A stretch of 46,000 nt of DNA from the IMG/VR virus record IMGVR_UViG_3300032893_000092, positions 1 through 46,000 of that record, one strand, 5' to 3'. Under the pieces are notes generated by a model, which did no database searches, was not told the DNA's origin, and was given only the letters and a program-made list of their open reading frames with translations. A program made the position numbers and the translations under genes. Numbering within the stretch: position 1 is the stretch's first letter; every line of letters starts with the position of its first letter. Shown in pieces: positions 6,547-16,929 of the stretch. The stretch is from a virus.

Positions 6547-8733
6547 ATGGCTGACGGGATCAATGTAGGAGACGCGGTTCTCACCTTCTTAGGTGACACG
6601 ACCCAGCTCGATCTCGCGTTCGACAAGGTCGAGCAAGGGACTCAGGGGTCTCTCGAACCGGCTAACCAGAAGCTAAAAGAAGTCGCCGGGAACTGGCAAT
6701 TCACCGGCCAGGCCGCGTCTACAGCGGGAGATCAGGCTATCGTCGCCGGTGAGGAGATGGAAGCCGGAGCCGAACTCGGAGCTCGCTCACTCCGGGAAGC
6801 CAAGGGTGAAGCCGCTCTTCTCGGTGAACAGTTTGGCGTTCACCTCCCTCGTCACGTCAGGACCTTCATCGCGGAGTTACCTGGTGTAGGAGAGGCTCTG
6901 TCCGCGGCCTTCAGCGCTACCGCGATCCTGTTCGTCATCCAGGCGATCGTCGAGCTCACGAAGAAGGTGACCGACTTCGTAGGAGAACACTTCATCTTCA
7001 CCGAGGAGATGAAGGCGTCCACCGCGGAGATCGTAAAGAACAACGTCGAGCTATCAAAACAGAGTGAGGCGTTCGAGAAGGCGAAGGAGTCGATCGAGAA
7101 CTTCGGTAAGACCCAGCAAGAGCTCGCGGACGAGAAGGTAGCCAAGCTGTCGAAGGCGATCACAGACCAGGGAGCCGTTCTACGCCAGGCTCAGGACAAC
7201 CTCTACGGCTACCGTAACGGGCTCCTAGAGCTGTCCGAAGCTAAGGTTCGAGAAAACCAGAACCAGGTCACGCTCTCCGCTCAGACACTCAAAGCTCTGA
7301 ACGAACAGCTCGAACAGGCTCAGCTGGAGCAACAGAAAGTAGAGGAGGAGAACCTGGTTAAACACCGTCTCTCTGTGATCAACCTCTACAAGACCACGAC
7401 GACGGCGATCTTGAACCTCCAGGAACAGCAACTGAAGACCAGCGTCGCCGGTACCCAGGGAGCCCAGGACGCGATCTATCAGATCGAACAGACCTACGCC
7501 GATAAGCGCTACCAGGTTCAGCGAGCCGCGCTGGAGCGTCAGTTGGCTCTGGAGAAGCAATTCGGAGCTAAGGATAATGCTGACAAGCTGGCTCAGCTGA
7601 ACGCCGAACTGGACAAGCTGGACGCGGAACACACTCAGCACTACTTCGCGGAGCTCCAGAAACAAAAGGAAGCGCTAGATAAGACTCTGAAGGAGATGGC
7701 CGCTGACGTGAAGGCCGCTCCTCCAATCGAGATCGTCCTTCCGGAGAACGTCAAGAAGATACTCGACATGCGAGCCGCGGCTCAGGCTCTCGGGATCACT
7801 CTTCGGTCGGACTTGGCCGCGGCTCTTGATACGGCGAGGAAGGCGAAGGAACAGTTCCTCGCCAGTGGTGGGAAGGACGTAGCCGAGATTAAACAGTTCG
7901 ACGACAAGATCAAGGAAGCTCAGAAGAACCTGGACCACTTCGGCCAGAGCTACGACAAGCTAAGGCTGAAGTCTGAGACTACCTGGAAGGGTCTGATCCA
8001 GGACCTCCGTCAGGGTGTCCAGGTCACTCACGAGCTCGGAGCGGCCGGAGAACAGGCGTTTAACCAGATGGCCGCGGGTCTCCAGTCGGCGATCGCCTCG
8101 GCGATCCTTGGCGAGAAGAACTTCGGGAAGGCTCTCGAAGAAGCGACGGCTCAGGCTCTGGCTCAGCTGTCGGCTCAGGCGCTGGTCAAGGCTCTGTTCT
8201 ATACGGCTGAAGGGTTCGCCGCGCTCGCCTCGCTAAACTACTCTGGAGCCGCTCAGTACTTTGAAGCGGCCGGAGTCATGGCCGCGGTCGGAGGAGCGGC
8301 CGGGATCGCCGGAGCCGCGCTCCACGGTGGGAGCGGTGGAGGTAACTCCAGCTCGAACTACCAGACACAGAACTCGGTATCGAACACGACCAGCCAGGCC
8401 GGAGGAAGGACCCTAGCTGTGGCTGTCCAGAAGTTCGGGTCTGGTGGTCTGGTCTCGTCTCCCGTCCTCGGAGTCGTAGGAGAGGACACCGCGCGATCTG
8501 GTCCCGAGGTGGTCGCCGGTCTGAACGATCGCGAGACCTGGCAAAAGATAGCGAAGGCGATTCAGCCTCACGTCGCCGGTACTGGAGGCGCTGGGATCAA
8601 CGTTCACGTAAAGGGTCTGGTCTCTCCTGACAACTTGTCGAAGGTAATCGGTCAGATCAATCGTCGAGTGAGCCGCGGACAGTCTCACCTCCAGGCTTCC
8701 TCGACCTTCAGGATCACCAGGAGGTCAGCATGA
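6547..8733 (+). CDS. tape measure protein
   Basis: 728 aa with long coiled-coil stretches and a Gly/Ala-rich hydrophobic segment (AAGVMAAVGGAAGIAGAALHGGSGGG). It follows the G/GT chaperones. Confidence 0.85.
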   Translation: MADGINVGDAVLTFLGDTTQLDLAFDKVEQGTQGSLEPANQKLKEVAGNWQFTGQAASTAGDQAIVAGEEMEAGAELGARSLREAKGEAALLGEQFGVHLPRHVRTFIAELPGVGEALSAAFSATAILFVIQAIVELTKKVTDFVGEHFIFTEEMKASTAEIVKNNVELSKQSEAFEKAKESIENFGKTQQELADEKVAKLSKAITDQGAVLRQAQDNLYGYRNGLLELSEAKVRENQNQVTLSAQTLKALNEQLEQAQLEQQKVEEENLVKHRLSVINLYKTTTTAILNLQEQQLKTSVAGTQGAQDAIYQIEQTYADKRYQVQRAALERQLALEKQFGAKDNADKLAQLNAELDKLDAEHTQHYFAELQKQKEALDKTLKEMAADVKAAPPIEIVLPENVKKILDMRAAAQALGITLRSDLAAALDTARKAKEQFLASGGKDVAEIKQFDDKIKEAQKNLDHFGQSYDKLRLKSETTWKGLIQDLRQGVQVTHELGAAGEQAFNQMAAGLQSAIASAILGEKNFGKALEEATAQALAQLSAQALVKALFYTAEGFAALASLNYSGAAQYFEAAGVMAAVGGAAGIAGAALHGGSGGGNSSSNYQTQNSVSNTTSQAGGRTLAVAVQKFGSGGLVSSPVLGVVGEDTARSGPEVVAGLNDRETWQKIAKAIQPHVAGTGGAGINVHVKGLVSPDNLSKVIGQINRRVSRGQSHLQASSTFRITRRSA

Positions 8734-9131
8734 GTTGGAGTGGTGGAGTCCTCGCGAAGTTCGTCTACAACTCGAACACCTTTACACCGACCTATCCTCC
8801 GAAGGGTAAGGTCCCGGTGGACGGCCAGGCCGCGGTCCGTTCCGACTCGATCACGACCTCTGGACTTCGTCAGTCTGTGCTTAGCCGGATCGACCGGACC
8901 CTGACGCTGGAGTTCCCAAACATACCAGAGTCGGACTTGTCGGACTGGGACGCCTTCATCGGGTGGATTCTGGCCGGTAACCAGTTCCAGTACTACCCAG
9001 ACGCCAGCCTGACTAACAATAACTATTACCAGGTCGTAGACACCGAGCTCCGGCCTGAGTGGACCTCGATCCAGAACTACAAGCTCACGCTGAACCTTCG
9101 GCGAGTAGTGAGCGCTCAGATAGGAAGCTAA
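8730..9131 (+). CDS. distal tail protein-like
   Basis: ATGA overlap with the tape-measure stop. 133 aa. The call is positional. Confidence 0.4.
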   Translation: MSWSGGVLAKFVYNSNTFTPTYPPKGKVPVDGQAAVRSDSITTSGLRQSVLSRIDRTLTLEFPNIPESDLSDWDAFIGWILAGNQFQYYPDASLTNNNYYQVVDTELRPEWTSIQNYKLTLNLRRVVSAQIGS

Positions 9132-10543
9132 TGCTGACGGCGACCACAAACTGGAAGACGGCGTTCCGTAAGCTGGAGCTCCAGCCTGTCTATAGGATCG
9201 TGATCGAGGGTTATTACCGATCGTTCTCTAACTTCGACAATGGGATCGACGATCCCTGGCTGGTCACTATCGACGACTGGACTCAGAATATTAACGATCT
9301 GGAGGGAGGCGCCGACCAGGAGACGCTGTCCTTCGCTATCCAGGATCACGTCGCGATCGGTAACACTACTGGCTGGCTCACGAAGGACATGGGAGCCGGT
9401 GAAGTGTTTGAAGGCCGCATGGTCAAGCTGTACGTCGGCGAGGCGTCGATGTCTTCAGTTAACGACTACCTCCTGATCTGGCAAGGTTACATAGACCAGG
9501 TAGACTCCGCGAACTCTAACCTGGAGTACTCCTTCCAGTGTTCAGACGTGACCTCGAAGCTCTCTCAGACCGTCTTCCTGACCGGTGACAATGGAGGACA
9601 GACGAGCTCCGACAATATCAAGACGCTGAAGGGTCACCCTCTTGACATCATGCTTGACATCCTCTTGAACCAGCTCCGGGACCCGATCAGTGGCCAGGCT
9701 CTGGACCCGAGCCTGGTAGACATCACGAAGCTCACGACGTACCGAGACGGTCCGTTCCAGGGTATGGAGTTCTTCTTCCATCTTAACCAGCCTCCAGTCG
9801 CGCTCGACTTCATCAAGAACCAGATTCTGAAGCCGCTCGGAGGCTATCTGTGGATCAGTCAAGGTAAGGTTACGGTGAACTTCTTCTACCCTATCGCCAC
9901 AGTGACGCCAGTACAGACTCTGGGAGAGGACGACTGGCTCACGATACCGAGCGCGGAACAGACTGACATGGTGAACACGGTCCAGTTCCAGTTCGACAAG
10001 GACGATAGCGGGTCGAGCTCCAGCGGGAACTACCTGTCCACAAACACCCAGAACTACGGACCTTCGGTCAAGAAGTACGGTCTCTATAACAGTCACCAGG
10101 TCTCGTCGGACGGGCTCCGCGCTGGGCTCCAGGGTTATCTGATCTCTTGGCTCGTCGCTTATTTGATCTTCGGCCGCTACGGGTTCAAGAACCTGAAGTT
10201 CGACAAGGACGCCAGCGAGGGACTGTTCTCTAACATCCGGCTCGAACCAGGCGACATCGTAGCCGTGACTCACCCTCTGATCCCAGATCGAGCGGCCGGT
10301 CAGATGGGTGTTACCGGAAAGCTCTTCGAGGTACTGGGTAAGAAGATCAACTTCACAGACGGCCTGGTGACGCTGACCATGATCGACGCGAGCTACTTGT
10401 CGAAGTTCGGGTTCGCCGAGGTCGCTCCCGATTCTGAAGGAGACTACACGTCAGTCAGCTCCAGCGATAAGGCTCAATTCATGTTCGAGTGTGGAGACGA
10501 CGGACGCTACAGTAATGGAGACGCTGGGAACTTACTAGGATAG
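9132..10543 (+). CDS. tail tip / hub protein
   Basis: ATG at 9132 directly after the upstream TAA (MLTATTNWKTAFRK...); the track start at 9059 would overlap the previous gene. 470 aa. The call is positional. Confidence 0.45.
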
Positions 10544-10552
10544 GCGACCACT

Positions 10553-13150
10553 ATGAGTATCAGCTTCGTTAACAAGACCACTACGGTCACTGGCTCTGGT
10601 TCTTTGCATCAGCTGAGCTACGCTCCTACGGCCGGGAACACCTTGCTCGTCGGTGTGATGGTCGGACCTGAAGTAGAGACGGTCTCGGCCATCTTCGACG
10701 ACGCTGGTCTCGACATCTTCGGTAACCCTCTCAACACTTGGCAATGCCTAGGGACGATCAGCTTAAACAATTCTAGGATGGAGCTCTGGGGATGCTGTCC
10801 CGTAGTTACTCCTGGAACGAAGGTTTCGATCCAGCTCACCGGCTCGGTCACTAACTTCGGCGCCTTCGTAGCCGAATACTCTGGAGTGGCGACCTTCGGA
10901 GCCTTCGGTTCGGTCTCGAACCAGGGTTACAATAACCTGTTCTTCACTGGAACGGCTCAGAATAACACGAACATCCTCTTCACGATGTTCGGAGTTAACC
11001 CGAACGACACGATTCAGTCCGGCTCCGGTAACGTACCTCCTCAGAACGTCCCGATCACGCCAGCCACTCAGCGACTTAGTGGTGGAGCTGGAACGACTGG
11101 GAACTTCCTCGGCCTGGAACAGACCGTCATCTCGAAGGAAGAGCTGGTAGCCGAGGTGGTGAGCCAGTTCATCCCAGACGGTGGTCTGATGGCTCTGGGA
11201 GTGGTCCTGAACGGAGGTCTGGTCCTCAGCTCCACGACCGGCTCCGCTCCTGGTTTTTCTGATATAAATGTTGACGCGATCCAGGCCGGGACACCAGGCT
11301 CTCCCGATCCGACGAAGACGGTCCACGCGATGACCCTCGCTCAGATCGCCTCTAACGCGGCTCTCGGTATGGTCCGGCCCGAGTTCTTCTACGGCGTCTA
11401 TCAGGATGGAGACACGGTCATCGAGCCGATCTCGCCGGTAGACTCCTACCAGTACCAGCGCGACGAGCTGATCTACATCTATACTCCACTCACGACCTTC
11501 GATCCAGCCAGCGGCTGGACGACCGGGAACGGGATTCTCTTCTACTGTATGTGGGACGTTGATCCGGACACCGGAAAAGTGACTTCGTCCGAATGTTATC
11601 ACCCTGACGGATCGAGCCCTATAAACAAGACCAGCGACGGCCAGCTGATCGTCCTCACTGTGGCTCAGCGAGCTCGATCTGGGATCGTGATGTCCTCATT
11701 ACCTTCGCTCTCTAACGTGGACCTTACGCTCGACGCGACAGACAAGCCGCTGACACAGAGTGGACTCCGGGTCATGGCTCAGAACTCCAAGTTCGGAGCG
11801 GTGAAAGCCGAGGTATTCTACATGGGTGAAGCGGTGGACGGCCAGACGATCGCGCCTCCGACGAGCGATATCGACGGCTATCAGTATGACTATTCCGAGG
11901 TCAAGTTCATCTCGTCCTGGCTCTGGACCTCGGCTCAGGGTGGGTTCTCTCCACCTCCCCAGGGAGCTCACGGTGGGTGGTCCCAGCTCCAGCGCCTGGA
12001 AGCTAGCGTCTCTTCCACCGGCGTCGTTCATTGCGCGAGCTTCTACTTCAATAACATCGAGATCGACCCGAGCCAGCCAGGTAACGGAGGAGTACCCTAC
12101 GGCCGTCTGAGGGTCTACGCCTTCTGTCAAAGGAAGAAGGGTCCGGCTCTGGCGATCGCTCAGCCGACCAGTACCGAAAGTCCTGATGCTACGACCAGGT
12201 CCTACGTCGCGATCATTCAAGGAGCTAAGCTGATCGGTAAGGCGATCGGTAATCTGACAGTCAGTGTCAAGGTAGGTGGAGCTGGAGCCTCGGTCTCGAA
12301 GATCGTGATCCTTCACGCCCTGGCCGGTACTGATACGATCCTAGGATCGACGACTCTCTACTCGGGTGGGACGCTGGCCGCGAACTCGACCTTCACTACC
12401 TCGCCGGTCAGCTTCACTCTGGACCCGGCTAACGACTACTACGTGGTCATGGTAGTCACGAACGGGAATATGTTCTTCACGGACATTACCGGCCTTCTGA
12501 TAGACTCTCCGGTGATCTCTGGTAACAAGGTCACCGGCGACGTGAGTGGAGCTACGACCGTCTCTAGCATGAGCCTGACTACGGTACCTCCTCCCACTCT
12601 GGCGAGAGCCTGGTCAGCGATCCAGCTGACGATAACGGGAGACACGGCCGCTCCAGGCTTCGCTGACATTCCGATTAACGCCTTCGTTCCGGGTCAGCCT
12701 GTACCGGCGTCGATCATCTCGCGCCTGGCCAAGAACGTCAAGACCTCGGCCTACGCGATCGAGTTCTTCGGACCTACAACTCACGTCCAGGGAGACACGA
12801 TCTCACTTCCGACGAGCCCGGTAGACGGCTATAACTACAGCCGCGCGGAGCTGGTCTATATCTGGCAATGGAAGACGACCGGTAGTCCCGAGCCGCGGCT
12901 GTGGGGATACGGAGGTTCGATCGGAGCGAACGGTGTCGTGAACCTGATGTCCTGGCACGTACCGGCTGGAGGACCGATCCAGAACGACACCACTGGAGCC
13001 CAGATCGACGTGATCACGATAGGCGTCCGAAGCCAGATCACGGCCGCGACTACTAACAATCCAGGAACTAATAACGGGACACCACCTCCAGACCTCGGCT
13101 CTGTCGAGATCGGTGGGACGGGTGGGTTCGTAATCAACGGAGGTAGCTAG
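10553..13150 (+). CDS. large tail fibre / host-specificity protein with a triplicated internal module
   Basis: 865 aa, located downstream of the hub gene. It has three copies of a module ending [ST]P[VI]DGY.Y...E[LV].[YF]I. Confidence 0.5.
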   Translation: MSISFVNKTTTVTGSGSLHQLSYAPTAGNTLLVGVMVGPEVETVSAIFDDAGLDIFGNPLNTWQCLGTISLNNSRMELWGCCPVVTPGTKVSIQLTGSVTNFGAFVAEYSGVATFGAFGSVSNQGYNNLFFTGTAQNNTNILFTMFGVNPNDTIQSGSGNVPPQNVPITPATQRLSGGAGTTGNFLGLEQTVISKEELVAEVVSQFIPDGGLMALGVVLNGGLVLSSTTGSAPGFSDINVDAIQAGTPGSPDPTKTVHAMTLAQIASNAALGMVRPEFFYGVYQDGDTVIEPISPVDSYQYQRDELIYIYTPLTTFDPASGWTTGNGILFYCMWDVDPDTGKVTSSECYHPDGSSPINKTSDGQLIVLTVAQRARSGIVMSSLPSLSNVDLTLDATDKPLTQSGLRVMAQNSKFGAVKAEVFYMGEAVDGQTIAPPTSDIDGYQYDYSEVKFISSWLWTSAQGGFSPPPQGAHGGWSQLQRLEASVSSTGVVHCASFYFNNIEIDPSQPGNGGVPYGRLRVYAFCQRKKGPALAIAQPTSTESPDATTRSYVAIIQGAKLIGKAIGNLTVSVKVGGAGASVSKIVILHALAGTDTILGSTTLYSGGTLAANSTFTTSPVSFTLDPANDYYVVMVVTNGNMFFTDITGLLIDSPVISGNKVTGDVSGATTVSSMSLTTVPPPTLARAWSAIQLTITGDTAAPGFADIPINAFVPGQPVPASIISRLAKNVKTSAYAIEFFGPTTHVQGDTISLPTSPVDGYNYSRAELVYIWQWKTTGSPEPRLWGYGGSIGANGVVNLMSWHVPAGGPIQNDTTGAQIDVITIGVRSQITAATTNNPGTNNGTPPPDLGSVEIGGTGGFVINGGS

Positions 13151-13876
13151 ATGCCAGTAGCCTATCCCACAATTAGACTTGGTGACGACGCTCCTCTTCC
13201 TGTCCCGACGAACTCGGTCGCGATTAAGTGGAAGAGTGAGGACTCTCCAAACGTCGAAGGCCAGGCTAACGTCATGGGTTACCTGGAAGGTGACGGGAAC
13301 ACTGGACACTTCCTCCGCGGCGACGGTACCTTCGCGTCTCCCTCCGGAGGCGGGTCTGGCTTTCCGGCTGGCGCGAACATCGCGAACTTCATACCACAGC
13401 TGACCGTGGATGAGGGTACCGGCTGGGGTGGTTACTCTATCATGATGAAGATTCCCGCGTCTATGATAGCGGCCTTCACCAGCGCCTTCACTGTGACCTT
13501 CGAGGTAGGATCGGGCGGGAGCGTGGTAGTCAACAAAGCTGTGCTTCGGAGAACTCTGAGGAACAGCTCGTCCTTTACTGACACCACGACAATCACCTGG
13601 GGAAGTTCCAGCACGCCTACATTTTCGGCCAGCTCAGCGAACAAGAGCGACGTGATAGGTCTCGCGATGGACTCGGACCATGATCTATACATCATCGTCT
13701 ATCTGGACTCCAGCACAGCTGGAGCGGCTCACCTTCCAGGATGGACGGACAATGTGACACCCTATAGCAACTTGGCCGGTTACGCTCTTGGAGACAAGAC
13801 AGCTACCTCGGACACGACTGGCCTGACCCTGACGACTGGACAGTGGGTGTCGATAGCTCAGATTCAGACAGCATAA
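13151..13876 (+). CDS. tail fibre-associated / receptor-binding accessory protein
   Basis: 241 aa. The ATG abuts the upstream TAG. It is Ser/Thr/Gly-rich. The call is positional only. Confidence 0.35.
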   Translation: MPVAYPTIRLGDDAPLPVPTNSVAIKWKSEDSPNVEGQANVMGYLEGDGNTGHFLRGDGTFASPSGGGSGFPAGANIANFIPQLTVDEGTGWGGYSIMMKIPASMIAAFTSAFTVTFEVGSGGSVVVNKAVLRRTLRNSSSFTDTTTITWGSSSTPTFSASSANKSDVIGLAMDSDHDLYIIVYLDSSTAGAAHLPGWTDNVTPYSNLAGYALGDKTATSDTTGLTLTTGQWVSIAQIQTA

Positions 13877-13889
13877 GGAGAAGAACCTC

Positions 13890-15470
13890 TTGGCGACCAA
13901 ACCTAAACTACTCCTCGCGGTGATGTCCTGTCGGACGTTCCGCGACAATCGAGTCGCGATTCAGCGCGAGACCTGGCTGGCGACTCCTCACCCGGACATC
14001 GACGTTCGCTTCTTCTATGGCCGCGAGTGTAAGTTCAAGGACTGGAAGGAAGACGAGGTACAGCTCGACTGTCCTGACGACTATGTGAACTTCCCTCTCA
14101 AGGTCCAGAAGATGGTCCAGTGGGCTCGCGAGAACGGCTATGAAAAGGTTTGTAAGACCGACGACGACTGTTACGGTGTATTAGACCGGATCGTGAAGAG
14201 CGTCCCGAGGGAAGGCGTTCACTACTCCGGCCGCGTCCGCGGACCCTCTGGTAACAAGCCAGCGCCTTACTGTTCTGGCTTCGGCTACTGGCTCGACTCG
14301 GCCGCGATGAAGATCATCGCAGAGGCGAAATGGGACTACGACATAGCGGAGGATCGCTGGGTAGCGAACGAGCTATTCAAGAACCAGATTCTCCCGGAGC
14401 CAGACTACCGCTTCACCGTCGTGAACTCGAAGAGGAACGCGATCTCCGGCCGAGAGGGTCCTCGCCACAATAACGGAATCGTTATGTCTTGTGAGTACGA
14501 GACTCCCGAGATGATGAGAGGAGCTCACCTGGAGTGGTTATCCCAGGACAGCAAGCGACCGAGCCACTCGATCCCACCCGGTACTCTGTCGCGCGTGACG
14601 GTCCTGATCAAGACCTTCATGAGGGACGGCTACCTGTTCCAGTGTCTGTCCGGCCTGGAGCCGAACTTCCTCTCGGCGAAGTTCCTGATCGTGGACGACG
14701 GTTACGAGCGACGCGAGAAGATCAGCCGATACGCCGACCTCAGGCTCTGGGGTCACACCTGTATCTGGCTTCCCTTCGACTCCGGCTTCGGCGCCAAGTC
14801 GAACGTCCTTCTGAAGGAGCTGGATCGAGACTTCGTCCTGATCGGGAGTGACGACTTCAACTTCTCTCCCGCGGCCAGGAAGGGAGTCGAGGACATGCTC
14901 CGTGTGATGAATAATCGTCCCGACCTAGGCTTCGTCGGAGGTCGAGTGAACGGTCAACAGTACGAAGGCTTCTTCCACTTCGACGGCGACACCTTGACAG
15001 AGACGCCGGTCACTGTGGCCGGTAACCTCGAAGCGGCCGGTGTGAAATACCACGAAGTCGATCTGGCCGTGAATTACGGCCTAGTCCGGAAGGAGGTCTT
15101 CCAGACGGTTCACTGGTGTCCCGAGTGGAAGATCGGAGGAGACCACTTCATGTTCTTCGACGCGCTGAAGCGAGCCGGGTGGAAAGCCGCAGTGGTTCCC
15201 AGCGCCAGGATCGACACCTTCCCTAACGTGCCACAGTGGAAGCTGACGGACTATGACAAGATGCGAGGACGAGCCTGGGAAGCTCTTCCTGGCTTCTTCA
15301 AGTATCGAGGGATCAAGAAGTACGTCCTGTTTGACGGGAGCTACGACGAGCTCCGCGGAGACGTACTGGTCCACGTCCTTCCTAACGGAAGAGTCACTCA
15401 CACCATCCCGGTCACGCCGGAGAACTCGACCGTCAAGTGTGACGTTTGCGAGTATCAGAGGACTCTATGA
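13890..15470 (+). CDS. two-domain glycosyltransferase (N-terminal Fringe/GT31-like, C-terminal GT2-like)
   Basis: TTG start 9 nt after TAAGGAG. The N-terminal domain has LLLAVMSCRTFRDNRVAIQRETW, KTDDDCY and AEDRWVANEL (GT31 pattern). The C-terminal domain has VTVLIKTF..., FLIVDDGYE, LPFDSGFGAKSN and IGSDDFNF (GT2 DxD pattern). Confidence 0.7.
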   Translation: MATKPKLLLAVMSCRTFRDNRVAIQRETWLATPHPDIDVRFFYGRECKFKDWKEDEVQLDCPDDYVNFPLKVQKMVQWARENGYEKVCKTDDDCYGVLDRIVKSVPREGVHYSGRVRGPSGNKPAPYCSGFGYWLDSAAMKIIAEAKWDYDIAEDRWVANELFKNQILPEPDYRFTVVNSKRNAISGREGPRHNNGIVMSCEYETPEMMRGAHLEWLSQDSKRPSHSIPPGTLSRVTVLIKTFMRDGYLFQCLSGLEPNFLSAKFLIVDDGYERREKISRYADLRLWGHTCIWLPFDSGFGAKSNVLLKELDRDFVLIGSDDFNFSPAARKGVEDMLRVMNNRPDLGFVGGRVNGQQYEGFFHFDGDTLTETPVTVAGNLEAAGVKYHEVDLAVNYGLVRKEVFQTVHWCPEWKIGGDHFMFFDALKRAGWKAAVVPSARIDTFPNVPQWKLTDYDKMRGRAWEALPGFFKYRGIKKYVLFDGSYDELRGDVLVHVLPNGRVTHTIPVTPENSTVKCDVCEYQRTL

Positions 15471-16300
15471 AGATCATAGTCGCCGCGGCTTCAGGATTCC
15501 TGGGCTCTCACGTAGTCGATCGTCTGATGATGGACGGCCACAACGTCGTAGCTACGACCAGGCGAGGGAAGTACCCAGTGAACGAACTGGTCCCTCTGAT
15601 CAGAGTAGACCTCGACCGAATTGACGAAGTGTCGGCACTTGTGAACAAGTACCGACCGGACGTGATCGTGAGCTGTGCTGGCCTAGCTTCCACGCCGGAG
15701 TCACTCAATAACCCTCTAGCTTGTGTCCGGGACAACTTCCTGACAACGGCTAACATCCTAGAAGTCGCCAGGGTGAACCGGCTGTCGCGAGTGGTTCTGG
15801 CTTCCTCGAACGTCGTCTACGGAGCGGAGTCTCCTTATAAAGCGGCCAAGATCGCCGGAGAGCTCCTGGCCAGCTCCTACACGGCCAGCTACGGACTGAG
15901 CGTCGTCTCTCTTCGCTTCGCTAACCTGTACTCGGAGAGACAGCGCTCCTTCAATACGAACTCGAACTTCATCGCGGCCTGTATCTCGGCCAAGGAGCGT
16001 GGAGACAAGGTCACGCTGTTCGGTGACGGCTCCGCGAAGAGAGACTGGCTCCACGTCGAAGACGCGGCTCGCGCGGCCAGCCTAGCGGTCACCAGCTCCT
16101 ACTCCGGCGTCCTGGACATCTGTTCAGGCGCCGAGATGTCGGTTCGGGAGATCGTAGACACCCTGGGAGTCCAGGTCGGCTACCGGCTGGCGACCAGGCC
16201 AGGAGACGTTCCTTCCTTACCTCAGTCGTCGGCTCTCCAGCTTTCAGAGCTGGGATTCCGGCCGGAGATCAACTTGAAGGAGTGGTTATGTCGCCGGTAA
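15467..16300 (+). CDS. NAD-dependent sugar epimerase/dehydratase (extended SDR)
   Basis: ATGA overlap with the upstream gene. MKIIVAAASGFLGSHVVDRL gives the GxxGxxG Rossmann motif, and SPYKAAK gives the catalytic YxxxK. Confidence 0.8.
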   Translation: MKIIVAAASGFLGSHVVDRLMMDGHNVVATTRRGKYPVNELVPLIRVDLDRIDEVSALVNKYRPDVIVSCAGLASTPESLNNPLACVRDNFLTTANILEVARVNRLSRVVLASSNVVYGAESPYKAAKIAGELLASSYTASYGLSVVSLRFANLYSERQRSFNTNSNFIAACISAKERGDKVTLFGDGSAKRDWLHVEDAARAASLAVTSSYSGVLDICSGAEMSVREIVDTLGVQVGYRLATRPGDVPSLPQSSALQLSELGFRPEINLKEWLCRR

Positions 16301-16929
16301 TCCTGATCGGTAGCTGTGAAGAGTACCGGACCCGCGGCTTCCACGAAGCGATCCGAGCGACCTGGGGAAGAGGGTCAGTGATACCTTACTTCTTCATCCT
16401 GGGAGAGGGTGGACACTCGGAGCGGCCTGACGAGGTGGTTCTTCAGGGTGTGGGTGACGACTATAAGTCGATCGCCTTCAAGACTAGGGAGGGTCACAGA
16501 TGGGCTCGCCAGCAAGGTCACGACTTCGTCTTCCAGGCGTGGGCTGACACCTACTGTTTTACGAAGAGAATGATCCGGAGCGGCTTCGAGAACTGTGACT
16601 ACGTCGGCCACTTCCGAGGAGAGACCGTTCACCAGCTCGGGAAGATAGCTCTAGGATGCTACGCCAGCGGTGGTTCGGGTTACTGGATGTCACCACGGTT
16701 CACCGATCTCTTGATCCAGGAGGAGCCGGATCACTGGGCTGAGGACCTCTGGGTCGGCCGCGTCTCGAAGAAGTTCGGGATCGCCGGTACCCAGGATTAC
16801 CGGTACTTCTCCGCGGGAGGTTACGCTCCGGAATGTTTGACGATCCATCTCAGTCGAGGGACTGGGAGGTACGACCCGGCCTGGATGGGAGATACCTACT
16901 TCCACGCCATGAAACGAGGAGAATTATGA
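16288..16929 (+). CDS. Fringe/GT31-like glycosyltransferase (second copy of the fold)
   Basis: ATG 16288 follows GAAGGAG. Motifs are VILIGSCEEYRTRGFHEAIRATWG, WADTYCF (in place of DDD) and AEDLWVGRV. Confidence 0.6.
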   Translation: MSPVILIGSCEEYRTRGFHEAIRATWGRGSVIPYFFILGEGGHSERPDEVVLQGVGDDYKSIAFKTREGHRWARQQGHDFVFQAWADTYCFTKRMIRSGFENCDYVGHFRGETVHQLGKIALGCYASGGSGYWMSPRFTDLLIQEEPDHWAEDLWVGRVSKKFGIAGTQDYRYFSAGGYAPECLTIHLSRGTGRYDPAWMGDTYFHAMKRGEL

